A stretch of DNA of 64,000 nucleotides from Antechinus flavipes (taxonomy: Eukaryota). Below the pieces are notes generated by a model. The model did not search any database and was not told the origin of the DNA. It saw only the letters and a list, made by a program, of their open reading frames with translations. Of this stretch, positions 12,901-24,695 are shown in pieces. The stretch lies in NCBI RefSeq assembly GCF_016432865.1, contig NC_067403.1, forward strand, positions 253,890,001-253,954,000, in the 5' to 3' direction. The stretch's first letter is position 1, and each line of letters begins with the position of its first letter. The translations under genes were made by a program, and so were the position numbers.

Positions 12901-15005
12901 GGATTCAGAAGGTAGAAATAACCCGGGAAGAAAAACAAAAATGCAAGCAGTTTCTATTCATTTCCCGGTGTTCTTTCTTTGGGTGTAGCTGCTTCTGTCC
13001 ATCCTTGATCAATTGAAACTGAGTTAGCTCTCTTTAACAAAGAGATCCACTTCCATCAGAATACATCCTCATACAGTATTATTGTTGTATATAATGATCT
13101 CCTGGTTCTGCTCGTTTCACTCAGTATCAGTTCATGTCAGTCTCTCCAGTCCTCTCTGTATTCATCCCACTGCTCATTCCTTACAGAACAATAATATGGA
13201 ATGTTATTGTTTTATAAAAATGATGAGGAGGCCGATTTTAGAAAGGCCCAAACTGATGCTGAAACAAGCAGGACCGGGAATCCATCGCACACAGTAACAG
13301 CAAGAACGAGGAATGATCAACTAGAACAACTTAGTTCTTCTCAGCGGTTCAGTGATCCGAGGCAATCCCAAGAGACTGGATGGAAAATACCATCTACCTC
13401 CAGAGAGAACCATGGAGACGGAACGTAAATCAACACATGCTGTGGTCACTTTTTTTCCCTTTTTCTCCTAGTTTTTTCTCTCTAGTGGTTTTTTCCTTTT
13501 GCTCTGATTTTTCTCTCCCTACATGAAATACATAAAAAATTGAATGAACATGTATAACAAAGGTTTTACCTATAATTGGGGAAAATTAAAAAAAAAAACA
13601 AGCTATATCGAGCTGGAATGTGAGGTGAAATGTGAATGAAAGAGAGGAAGACACAGAATGTCAGCTCAGGACAAGTCTTCAGGCTGGGGGAGGGTGAGGG
13701 GGGGCTCCCCAAGGAGCCGGGAGGAGGCAGCTGGGGGCACAGGCAGAGCCCCGGCCACAGAGGCCAGAGAAAAGACGAGGCTGCAGAAAGGTCTGGAGAT
13801 GAGAGAGCTCAGGACAGAGCAGCTCAATGGGAGATCTCAAGCGGGAATCCGCCAGCCATGTCACAGGGTCTGTGAGCGATTCATAGCCGGACTGCCCTGC
13901 AGCAGCAAGAGCCCGGCCCAGACCAACTGACATGAAGCCGGGGCTTGCCGCCTGCGTGGGTCTGTGGTTTCTTTGAGCACAGTTCAGGGGCATAAAACAG
14001 GAGCGGAGCTGCCTGGGGGGGGGGGGCGGGGCAAGGCCGGGCATGGGCAGGGAGGGACAGGACAAGAGGTCACGTGTTCAAGTTTTATTTTAAGATCCAG
14101 GTTTTCTCTGGCTGCCCCTCCCCCCTGAGAAGACACATTCCCTGTTAGACTCGTGGCCACAGCGGGATGGCCGGAGGCGGACGGGCGCCTGTGGGGTATA
14201 GATCCAAACGCACTCCTGCAGGAGCCCTTCTGGGCTCAGGCCCTCTTCTTTATGGGGCCGAGGTCAGGGTTTGGGGGCTTGGCCGGGGCCGCCTAACCTG
14301 CCAGGGGGTCAGTGAGGTCCCTGGGACATGGGGGAAGGCCTGGGTCGGGGGGCAGACGGCCGGACCAGAACCCGAGCTGGCTGACTTGGATGTGGTCGCC
14401 TTGGGGGAAGGGCCGGCTGACCTCGATGCCAACTGACGGACCACCTGGCCCCATTTGCTGATGAGGGCACACCAGTAACTCGGGGATCCAGTGCTTCCCT
14501 CCCCAGCCTCGGTTTGCACCTCTGAACTCAGAGGGCTCCGCTGGGAGCTAACCGGCAGGCCACCCTGCACGTGGGGGCCGGAGGGCCCGAGTTCAAATCC
14601 AGGCTCGTCACTCTGAATAAGCCTTTTCCCCAAGTGCCTCAGTTCCCCCCTTGTAAAAGGAAGGATCGGGGCCAGCCGAGCCTCCGCACCCCAGCCGGGT
14701 CTCCGCCTTGGCCTGGACCCCTGACCTCGCGAGGGAGCGTGGCCCGGGAGCCTGTTAGGTAGGCGCCGCTTCGAATCCTATCTCAGAGCTAACTCCCCCG
14801 AGCCCTGGGTTTGCCGGCGGGGGCAATCAGGAGAGGCCCCGGGAGGCCGCGGGCAGGAGGCCCAAGCCCACTCCGCCCAGCCCGGGGGCTCCGTGACCCA
14901 GGCCCGCCACTCCGCCCCCTTACGATTAGCTGTGTTCACGTGGCAGAGGCAGCATCTGAAGCCCCCGCGCGGTAAAGCCTCCACATCCGGCTCAGTCGCC
15001 GCCAT
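6979..15005 (-). CDS. TUT1: Terminal uridylyltransferase 1 / Star-PAP (U6 snRNA TUTase), 9 coding exons, ~874 aa
   Basis: Exons: 14924-15005, 10814-11004, 10321-10636, 10075-10175, 9341-9795, 8844-8953, 8576-8686, 8303-8395, 6979-8144 (sum 2625 nt, in frame). Zinc finger ([17 protein letters not shown]), RRM, nucleotidyltransferase FGSS..GCDLDL, C-terminal KA-1-like region. AATAAA at 6960-6965. Confidence 0.96.
7457..7579 (-). repeat. 30-bp coding tandem repeat (~4 copies) in the TUT1 last exon
   Basis: Period 30 (ttct at 7457, 7487, 7517; tcct at 7547). Encodes [40 protein letters not shown]. Confidence 0.92.
11130..11700. mobile_element. MIR plus probable L2 remnants in TUT1 intron 1
   Basis: MIR core (ttttacagttgaggaaactgagg) at ~11170, followed by purine-rich L2-like antisense sequence. 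Confidence 0.5.
11945..13600 (+). mobile_element. Older L1 3' fragment carrying two younger L1 3'-end insertions (12114-12359 +, 12673-13195 -)
   Basis: Host ORF2 end (ORF 12477-12722 [14 protein letters not shown]..). TSDs AAGATGA(C/T)AGGAAAA at 12099-12113/12360-12374 and ATGGAAT(A/G)TTATT at 12660-12672/13196-13208. Confidence 0.88.
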
Positions 15006-15029
15006 GGTTCCCGCTTCAAAACGGGACTG

Positions 15030-15240
15030 GACGCGACTTCCGCCACTACCGGAAGTGGGTCCCCGGACACCGCGAAATAAGAAGGCACTTCCGCCACTCT
15101 CGGGGAGCGGGAGGCTCGTTCGGCGGCATCCCTGACTGAAGCAGCGCACGCGGGGTCTCAGCCCCACCCCTCCCGGCTCATCTGCATACGGCAACGGGAT
15201 TGGCTAGTTCTGAGGGGCGCCTGGCGTTGATTGGCCAAGG
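15030..15240 (-). promoter_or_regulatory. TUT1 CpG-island promoter with ETS/GABP motifs and two CCAAT boxes
   Basis: ACTTCCG at ~15036, CCGGAAGT at ~15048, CACTTCCG at ~15087. ATTGG at ~15200 and ~15230 (about 30-bp spacing, typical of NF-Y). Confidence 0.6.
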
Positions 15241-16097
15241 CCGAATATGAATATTCAAGAGCAACGGCCGAGCGGTCAGGATCTCGAACTGCCCGGGACT
15301 CCCGGCTCTGCGGGCCCCCATCCACCCCACCCCTCCATAGGCGACCCCGGCGGTCACCGGCTGGACCCCACGTGAGGGGAGGGCCACACCCCTGTCTCCG
15401 AGTCCCCGTGGGACGCCGCCACCGGGCAGCCGAGCCTGTTTGGCAGCTTCCGGCGGATGCCCCACCTCCGGACCCCCGTCCTGCCCGGAGCCCGAGAGGT
15501 GCCAGAGTGCCCCTCTGCCCCTCGGGCACTGGCGGTGGAACGGAGCCCCACGGGCCCGTGACCCGCTCGTGGGCTTCCCTTTTTCTCCTCAGCGGGCGGG
15601 ATCCTAATCCTGCTGGTGAGGCAGCACGCCCACGCGAGACCCCGACCTCCAGGTGAGCGCCTGCTCGAGCCCGGGCCGCTCCCGCGCCAGGGCGTCACGT
15701 GGGGGAGTCCAGAAGGCCCCGGCTGCAGCTGCCCTCAATTGTTCACCAGAAAAATGGGCCCACGTGGGGGCAAAGCAGCTGCCGGGAGAGCAGAGCTCTT
15801 CCATCCCTCTTGCTCCTGGGCCAGACCTGGAGTCAGAGCCGGGGCATGGGGCCTCCCCAAGGATTCCTCCCCACCTCTAGCAGCCTCAGACTCGGCTTTC
15901 TCGGTCCCCCCACCCACCCACCCCCAAGGGTCGCTGGTCCATCCCATAGCGATCTCCAGCCCCAGTCCAGGGCCACGTGATGTGCCAAGGCCATGAGCAG
16001 GAAACCTTTCCTGGGGAGAAGCCCCCTGCTCCCCCCCTGCCCCTCCAGTCCCCCTCAGAGAGCAGCAGAGCCGGGAGGGGCTGAAGAAAAACAGCTT

Positions 16098-16165
16098 TTT
16101 ATTTCTGTCGCTCTAAGAACGGATTACAGATTCCAAGGTTAAAAAACGGACAAAGGGTCTTTATT
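16098..16165 (-). terminator. MTA2 tandem poly(A) signals
   Basis: AATAAA on the minus strand at 16160-16165 and 16098-16103. Confidence 0.7.
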
Positions 16166-16622
16166 TCTGAGTTGGTGTACAAAAGGCGGGGCGTGGGGGA
16201 AGGGCAGGGGCGTGGGAGGGCCCGAGCCCACCTCCAAGCCCACCTGCGGGCAGCAAACCCGGAATTGGAAGAGAAACAAGACTGGAGACATGGCAGTGCC
16301 TGCCCCGCCCCTGCAGGGACCAGCTGGCACCCTCCTCTCCCCTCCCACACTCCCCAACAAGGAGAGGAAAAATTAAAAAAGTTTTAAAAAACCCTCCCCC
16401 CAAAAAACCTGCCCCAGGACTGAGTCCTCTGCACCCCCCAAACTGGCTATACCGTGGATTTCCCCAGGACCCGGAGAAGGTCAAGGAAGAGGCAGACTTG
16501 GTGTCTGAAGCTGGGGCGAGCACTGCGATCCCCTCCCAGGGGAGGCGGATGCCCCCGGCCCTGGCACGGCAGGGGGGCCGGGGGCCACCCTCCCATCTGC
16601 TCCTCCCTTCCCCCAAGGACGC

Positions 16623-19600
16623 TTAATCCTCCAGGACAATAGGCTCATTGGTGCTGGCAGGGTGTGGGGGTAAAGGGGGAGGAATCGGGGCCCGGACCGG
16701 AGGCAGTGGCGGCTTCACCTTCAAGGGCAAGTTGGGCCTGCGTGCGGCCCGCCGCATTTCCAGGTGAGTCAAGGCCTTCCGTAATGCCCTGGTGGGGGAA
16801 GAGGAGGGCAGAGGCTCAGAGACCGCAGGTGCCGTCCCCTCCCCATGGGCCACCCCGCGTCCCACACTGCCCAACTGCCCACTACCTGGTATCTTTTGTG
16901 GCCACAAATACCACCGGGTTGGGGGCATCTGCGGGGTTCAGCTTCTGCCGCTTGGCTGCCGGCTGTGTGCTTGATCGAATCCCTGAGGTGAGGGGCCTCC
17001 CGTTGGCTGAAAATGGAACCACCTAGAAAAGGGGAAGGGGAGTTTTCCAGAACTCGGCCAGGACCCTCAGCTGGACTCCACACCCGGCCCATGGCCTCCC
17101 AACTCCTCTTCTGAGTGAGCCAAGGGTCAGGGAGCACTGCCTTACGAGAGCTGAAAGCCAGGAGGTACAGGGTAAAAACACGGCCTGAAGTCAAGGAGAC
17201 CCTAGTGCAAATCCAGCCTCTGACATGCGCTGTGTGACCCTGGACAAGTCCCTGAACTGTCTGTCTCAGTTTCCCCTCAGTGGGACTGCTGCTGCTTCCA
17301 AGACCTCGGAGGCCCGGCGCACCAAGGAGAAAGACGAGGCTCTGGAAAGCTCCCCCCTCTCCCCACCCCCATCTGTGGGCAGCCTGAGTCTGGGTCCCCA
17401 CTCACACTCTCATAGGCACGTTTCACCACAATGCCCCCCAAGCTCCGGTTCTGGGTCATTTGGTTCCTATTGATCGGTGTCTTTGTGCCTCGTGGCGTTT
17501 TTGGTTTCAGAGGAGCCTGAGCCGCTGCAGGGGAGAGAGAAGGAGGCAGGCCTTCTTGAAGCCCCAGGGCCCTCACCGGTCCCTGCCCCACCTTGTCTTA
17601 TCGTCCCCCTGCCCCGTACCGAGGTCTTTGACGATGGTGGCCAGGGGCAATCGCACCAGGGGGTGAATCTTGAGAGGTGTCTTGGCTGCCTTGGGGAGCC
17701 GGATGGAACCTACAACACAAAAGAGTTTCCCGGTGTGGGTGACCGCCCGCCCCAGCCTGGCAGGGCCCAGCCACCTTAGGGCACCGCCCCCAGGCTCACA
17801 TTCGGCCTTGATGGCGTTGGCGTTGATGGGGGCATAGGGTCGGCGGGCGGCCCTCCTCGGCTGCAGCAGATCCCTGCACATGCGCCGGGCGAGACGGGTC
17901 AGCTTGGTCGTCTGCAGCAGAAACGTCTGCCTGTTCTTGGCCAGCAGCTTGGCCCGGTTGGCGCTGGTTGTGTACGGAGAAAGGCTCTGGGCCTCGGGGC
18001 GAGATAAGTGGCCCCGGGAATGCGGCTCCTGGTGGAAGGAGGAAACACAGCATCAACGGTGAGCTCCGCCGCCCCGGCCTTCTGGGCCAGGCCCGCCCCC
18101 ACCTGCCGTATCCGCCAACCCAGGGGAACAGGCCCAAAGCTGCCGGGCATCCGCGTGGGCCGGCAGCTTGCTCGAGCTCTTGTCTTCTCGGCCCATTCCG
18201 TAAAGCCCCAAACCCGAGCTCCTTACGGTAGTACCCCGTGCCGCCCCCTCCAGCTGCGTCGGCGTCTTCAGCCCCCCGTACTTCTTCCAGTAGATCCAAC
18301 AAGAGGCACAGAGGCGGCACTGCATGTTGGGGGGGCCCCACGCATACCACTGGGCCGACTGGGTGGCTGGAGAACACAAATGGGTCAGCTGGGAGGTGGT
18401 GTTCAGAAGGGATGAGCCCGGCTCCCCATGGCTCGGAGGCAGCGCAGCCCCCGCCGGCCCCGACACTCACTGTGGCAGCTCTCGCAGGTCAGCCCCTTCT
18501 GGAATCCGGCCCCATTCATGCCAGGCTTGGACCCCACAGAGATGATCTGGTTCGGATTCGGCTTAGTGCTGGGGGCACAGAGGATGGGAGAATGGAGGCA
18601 CAGGATGCTTCCCGCCACCAGGGGTGGACAGCTTTTCACCCCTCCCAGCCCAAGACGGTTCTGGTCCGCTCCAGATCAGACAAGGAAAGGAAGGTGCCCA
18701 CTCCCCTGGTGCCCACCCGCCGCCACTTACTAGGTAGGGATGTAGACCTGTTTCAGTTTACTGTCGGCTTCAGCTGCTTTTAACCTTTTCTGTGGGTGAG
18801 AGAAGGGAGACACCAGTGTGGGGATGGTCCTAGGCTTGGGGCTCCCCGCCCCCACCAGCGGCTGTGGGCCCCCCTTCCAGGCTCCCCAGCCCAATTCTTC
18901 ACCTGCTGGATGTAGCGGTCAGTGGTTTTCCACATGTAATAGAACTGGACGATACTGGCGAGAGACTTCCAGGGGAGCTGGGGAGGTGATGCAGAGTGAG
19001 CTGGCGCCCTCGCCCGAGGACCCCGAGCCCCTCGCTGCTGCGGCGGCGGCGGCTGCGGCCTAACCTAGCCCGTCTCAGCCTCACTACTCACAAAGTCCTG
19101 ACGGATATCATTGAAATCCTTGCCATATTTCTCCAGCGCCTCCTCGAAGAGCATGGCCTCTGAGGCCGACCACTCCTCCATCTCGTCCCGACACAGCACG
19201 GGGCCGCCCTGGGGCACCAGCGTGGACATGGCTTTGGCCAGGTCGTAGCCATTGCGCTGGAGAGTGTCCATGGCGTGGAACTGCAATGGGGGCAACATCA
19301 CGTCAGGCCCCTGGGGCACAGCCCGGGCCCCGGCCTCCCCCTGCCCTCACCAACCCAGCCAGCAGCCGCTCACCAGAGTGATGTCTCGGGAGGCAGCTGC
19401 TGCACTCATGTGCAGACTCGGCTGCCGAATGGAGCTGCTGCAGTCCAGGGCCCTGGCGAAGGTGCCCACGGCACTAGGGGAGGAACAGCGGGTCACTGAG
19501 GCAGGAGGAGGCTTTGAGGAAAGGGGAAGAGAAGGAGGGAAACCGCCCAGCCTCCAGGATGCCAACCGGGACCAAGAGAGGGTCCACCTCCCCCCACCTC

Positions 19601-22600
19601 GCCCAGTCACCCACCCAGCCCTCACCGGGCCACAACGAGGAACTGGTCGATCTGCCGGTCGGTCAAGGGGTTGTCTGGATCCCAGACTTTCATTTCCATC
19701 TTCTGCTGATTTCGATTATCAGACTCGCCTGGAAACAAGAAGAAAGCGGTCAACACAAGAGAGAAAGGGGGAGGGGGCACTCTGGCTTCCCCATCCTTGC
19801 TGAGCAGTGCCCCCTTGCCCACATTCTGCTCAACCACTCCGAGATCTCTGGCTTTTCTTCCCCCTCCCCATGGACTGGGCCTCTCTGTCCCTCCGACCTC
19901 GACAGTCAGGTCTCACCTTCGGCCAGCCGCTCGGGGATCTCCGCTTGGTACTTGCAGCCCACCCGGATCTCGCCCTGGTCGGCCAGAAGCGTTTTTTGCA
20001 CGGGGTCAAACACCAAGGAGTAGAAGAAGCAGTCCTGGAGCAGAGGATGGTGGGAAGTGGCTAAAGTGAGCCTTCCCCTCCCTCTCCCCTGCCCAGCTGA
20101 TCCCCGGGTCAGACTGAAGCACCAGCCACTCCCAGAGTCCTCGAGCTCCCCAACTGCCGCCCCCTCACTCCTATAGCCATTGCCACCTTTCAGCATCTCC
20201 TCCCCGCTTCTGTCTCCTCTCCCAGCCACAGGCTGGCTCAGGCCGTCAGCACCCTTCCCTCGACCACTGCACTGGCCTCCTTGTTAACCTCTCTGTCTCT
20301 CCAACCCAGCCTCCACAGAGCCATCAAGCTTCTTTTCTTAAGAAAAAAATCCCCAGCTTTTCCATGTCGCCCAAATTCAACTGATTTCCCAACAACTTTA
20401 GGATGAAATGTGAACTGTCTATTTGGCGCTTGAGCTCCTAAACTTGCCTTTCCAACTTTACTCTCTCTCCCTTCCCCATCCTGCATTGCCTGGCTCGGCC
20501 CAATCTGCTGCCCCGCTGTTCCTTCATGTGTATCTCAGGATGTCTGCCCCCTCAGCACTGGCACTGCCCCAGCCGGGCACTCTCTCGCCTCTCAGAATCC
20601 CACGTTTCCTTACGACCCAGCCCAAGTAACAGTTCCTAAATCAAGTATTTCCAGAGCCTCCAATCACCACAAACATAAATCGGCTTTAGCCATTTTGCCT
20701 GAATCTCATCATACACGTGTGTGCTTTGATGTCACCCGAGCAGCCCCACCCCGGTGGCCACCTGTCGACCCCTCCACACCTGTCCGCTCTGTGTTGGTTC
20801 TCCCCCCACAGTGGTACTCCCCAGGCCCCTCCCTTCTGCCCACACGGCCCTCTCGGTCACCTCCTTCTCCAGGTACTGGCTCAGGATGTCCGTTTCATTC
20901 AGTAGCGTCACACTGCATTTCCCACTGCAAGAAGGGAAAGAGGTCCACAATCCCCACATTTTATCCTCCATGAGGCTCCCCGCCCTTGCCTTTTCCCATC
21001 TAAAGTGAAGGAGTAGGAGCAGGAAAGAAACCTGGAGAAATCCCTGTGCCCTGTCCCCTACCGTATGTGGGTGGCTGGCAACGATTCAAACTGTCTAGAA
21101 AGGAAAAGCTCCCGGTGCTTCAGCTGGTGCCTCTGCTGCTCCGAGACTCCGGGCTGCTTGGACTCCTCCTCAAATTCCCCTGGGAAAGGAAAGAGAATCA
21201 AGGGCAGCTGGGGAGGGGAAGCGAGGGGGGGCCCCTTATGTCTGTCTCTCGTTCCTGCCTGCCTCCCTCCTACCTTCCCTCCATTACACGCTTGCCCCAA
21301 TGCGGCTTCAGCCCCAATGCTCGGGATTCCAAGCTGTTACGGTCCCGGATCTCCCCTCTCCCCCCTAAGGTAACTTCAGAAGCTCCTCCCAGAACCTAGA
21401 GTTGATGCTAAGACAGAAGCAACCTCTGTTCTACTTCAGTTGCCAACAGGAATAAAAAGCCAGAGAAGTGATACCGAGCTACCCCTGCCCAGACTCGAGG
21501 CAGACTCCCGATGCCCACACCAGCATGGCCACAAGCCTCGCTTGCTCTTTGTCTGGCTCGCAGCCATTGCCTTACAGGGAGAAGCTTCCACCCCAATATC
21601 TCACTATCCCTCCCCCACCCAAAGCCCTAGGCTGGCCAAGAAGCCCAGTTGTAAAGGGTTAACACGGATGGGCGCCAAGCAAAGGAGAAAGGGGTAGGAT
21701 AGCAACAAGCCCAGGCCCATTGGCCATTGTTCCAACTACCAGGGAAAAGGGGGGTGCGGGAGGAGTTCGCAGCTGACTCCTCCCCTTGCCTCCCTGCTCC
21801 GGAAACCATGGCTAAGGCAGGGGGACCACACCCCCCAAACCCCTTCTGATTGGACAAAGCCAAGGTCAGCCCCTGCCAGATGGGGCAGTAAACCCCAAGG
21901 GGCTATGAAACTTGGAGAGCCTTGTTCCCCATTAACCCTTTAGCGCTAGAACCTTGGTCTAAGAGGTTGAAAATAGAAACATCATCTGTCAATAAAAAGT
22001 TATAATTATTAAAAAAAAATAGAAACATCAATGGAGGGGGGGGCAAAGAGCTCAAAAAGGAAAAGGGGGAAGAATGCTAGAGATGAACAGTTAATGGAAA
22101 GCGGAGGGAGGAAAAAAGGGAAGCAAGGGATGGAGAAAATGGCAAAGAAAGAGGGAGGAGAACCAACAGAAGGAAGATGAAAAAGGGAAAGAGAAAGTTC
22201 TTCCTCTTGCCAAAACTACCCTTATGACCTGCACAGTCAAATGCTTCAGTATTTAAACAAACCACCTCCCTTACTTGCCAAGGCAGGACACATTGGGGGT
22301 TTTGATCCTTCCTTTCCTCTTCACTTCCCCAAAACATTCAGTCCATAACTCTACTTCATTCAAAATTTATTTTCAAGTCCCTATTTCTTCATGACTAGGT
22401 TCATTGTTTGCGCTCCCCCCACAACCTCTCATAGCTCCCAGCTATTATCTTCCCCACCTCATCTTGGCTCTTATCACATTCCTCTTCTGAGCTACTTTTC
22501 TGACACAGGAGACAAAACCCAACCCCCCTCCCCACCTTGGTCACAAAACCCAAGGAAACACCTAGAGACTGGCCAAGGCCCAAGAATATGAAGGGAGGGG

Positions 22601-24695
22601 GAGAAAAGACTTACTGGCATTGCTGTCAGCCAAGCTATTGAGGCTGCTAGAGATATCCCGTCTCCGGAAAAGGCAGACGACCTTCGCCTCCACATTCCCA
22701 TTTGCAGTCTAGAAAGAAAAGGCAAAGTGGTGGAAATGTGTTAGAGGAAAATAGAACTGTCTAAGGAAGAAGAGCCCGTCACAGGAAACGTATTTTCTAA
22801 GCGCTCACTAGTATAACCTCAAGAAATTGTGAATCTAAGCACGAGGAGGGGTCTCCCAAGTCCCCTCTCACCAAGGACTTCAGCACTAGGCCAGGGTCAA
22901 AATAAACCCAGCCAGGACACTACAGGATGCCTGAGACAGCAACACGAGGGGAAGAGGCGCAAGGTCCTCCCTTCCAACCACCAGAGAATGAGCCAATATT
23001 GTCTAAAAGGGATCAGCTGGAGGCGCCAGTATGGAGAAAGTGGCTATTTCCTGAGGTGGCCCTTGTTACTCCTGGACAGCTCTAGGAACCAGAGCTGCTT
23101 ATTAAGAAGCTGGTCCTCACAGTGAGCTCAAATACACCTTTCCCTAATTTCTGTCCTTCCAGGCCAGGCCGAGCACAAAAGAAGCCCATGTGTTCCTAGA
23201 CTAATGTTCAGCTCGAGGTCTCCTAGGCCCATTGATCCCCCCCTTCCCCCCCCTCCCACTCACTTATTCCACTTATTCTCTCTCACCTTATTGAGCTCCT
23301 CAATCCTTCTCACCAGGTAAGGATTGCTCGAAGAGTTCTCAAAATAGACGTAATCTGCAGTGGGGAAGAGCCAAAGCCCTGAGTTGGAGGAAGTTCCTTA
23401 AGCTCGAGGGAATTGAATGAGGGAGAGGGGATGCAAGATGAAAAAAGGAAAAGGGGGGGGGGGGTAAAAATCCCTTGAAAAGGAGGGGAAGAAGCGGGAA
23501 TGATGAAGGAAAAACTTGGAACTGAACTCAAGTAAAAGCAGCAGCCAGGAGAGCCCTCGCATCCCTCCCTGTGACTCAACCAACCAATCAGCACTCGCTG
23601 TGTCCTAAACACCGAAGATACAAAGAGAAAACCAGCTAATCCCTACTCTCAGCCCAAAGACCCCAAGTATCTTTGCAAAGACAAGAAGGGACGGTTGACC
23701 AAAAATGAGGGGACACCAGTGGGGGTCCACGGGCACCTGAAGCTGTCTCTCAAGCACGGAGGGGCTCCAGCCCTGGCCAGCCCCACTTCTCCATGTTCCC
23801 GGAGGACAACCCCCCCCCCCCATCCCCGCTTTCCCTTCCCACAGAGGCCGGGCCTGGGTTAGCGCTTTGGGGACAGGGGCTGGGTGTCCCTGGGACCCCA
23901 GCGCGGGGGAGGGCGGGGGGGCGGTGGATAAGGCGAGGGCACGGTTTAGAGCCGGAAATACAGACTTCAAAGAGAACCCCGACACAAACAGAAAGAGACC
24001 CGGGGCCCGGAGAAAGTTCTTGGGCTGCGCCAGAGGAAAGGGGCCCCGAGTTCCCTTCGCGGGTAAACTCACAGCTCTGCTCCCCACCCCCACCCCCACC
24101 GAAACTCCGCTGGGCCCCACTCCAGCCCGGGGCGGCACTATCGCCACGGAAGATCAGCACGAGCTCCGCCTGGGGCGCTATCTCCAAAGGGGATCTGGGG
24201 CAAGGAGTGCCTGGGGGGCGCATCCCTAGCACCATGGAGGGGGTGCTGTTGGGACGTTGTCCAACACTAAAGGTGCTACACCAGTCCAGGCAAAGCGTGC
24301 GAGCGCTGATAGTTACTCAGTCGCTGCCCAACATCTCGGAGTCCCGAGCGCGTGGAGGGAAGGGGGCCTTCACCCCGGGCCCCCAGCAGCGGCTCTAGCG
24401 GTCAAGTTCATCCCTCGAGGTCTCACCGCCCTGCCCAGTTCCCGCTTGGGACCCCTGAGACCCAACGGGGGGTGGGGGGCGCGCATGCGCCCTCTCCTAC
24501 CGGGACCCCCAACAAGGCTCCCCATATGCGCATGCGCCCTCTCATGTCGAGTCCCCCCCCACCCGCGGTCTACGAGTCCCCCCCCCCACCTCGATCTCCC
24601 ATTCCCTCGGCCCGGTCCCGGGAACTCGGTTCCGGTTCCGGCGGGACCGCGGGTGCGCGGTACTCACCCCCCACCCGGTACATGTTGGCCGCCAT
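16623..24695 (-). CDS. MTA2: Metastasis-associated protein MTA2 (NuRD subunit), 18 coding exons, ~664 aa
   Basis: Exons: 24668-24695, 23287-23354, 22615-22708, 21062-21179, 20861-20924, 19917-20034, 19626-19728, 19374-19473, 19092-19280, 18903-18977, 18731-18789, 18471-18568, 18227-18366, 17800-18028, 17620-17709, 17406-17524, 16886-17022, 16623-16788 (1995 nt, in frame). BAH, ELM2, SANT and GATA-type zinc finger (CESCH..CRLCASC); near-identical to recalled human MTA2. Confidence 0.97.
17190..17285 (+). mobile_element. MIR/MAR1-type SINE fragment in MTA2 intron 16
   Basis: caaatccagcctctgac..gctgtgtgaccctggacaagtcc..ctcagtttccc CORE-SINE motif. Confidence 0.7.
21970..22030 (+). mobile_element. 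Ultra-short L1 3' terminus insertion with a 15-bp TSD
   Basis: AAAATAGAAACATCA at 21970-21984 and 22016-22030 flanks TCTGTCAATAAAAAGTTATAATTATT-A(n), which matches the end of the L1 copies at ~5340 and ~12330. Confidence 0.85.

Noticed and set aside
14250-14633. 127-aa ORF with a faint likeness ([16 protein letters not shown]) to the TUT1 C-terminal [15 protein letters not shown]
   Set aside because: The similarity is too short to be meaningful, the ORF is out of frame with TUT1 exon 1, and its 5' part is MIR-derived.
15006-15194. N-terminal extension of TUT1 suggested by ORF 14778-15194
   Set aside because: It starts at TTG upstream of the ETS promoter motifs; the ATG at 15005 has strong context (accATGG).
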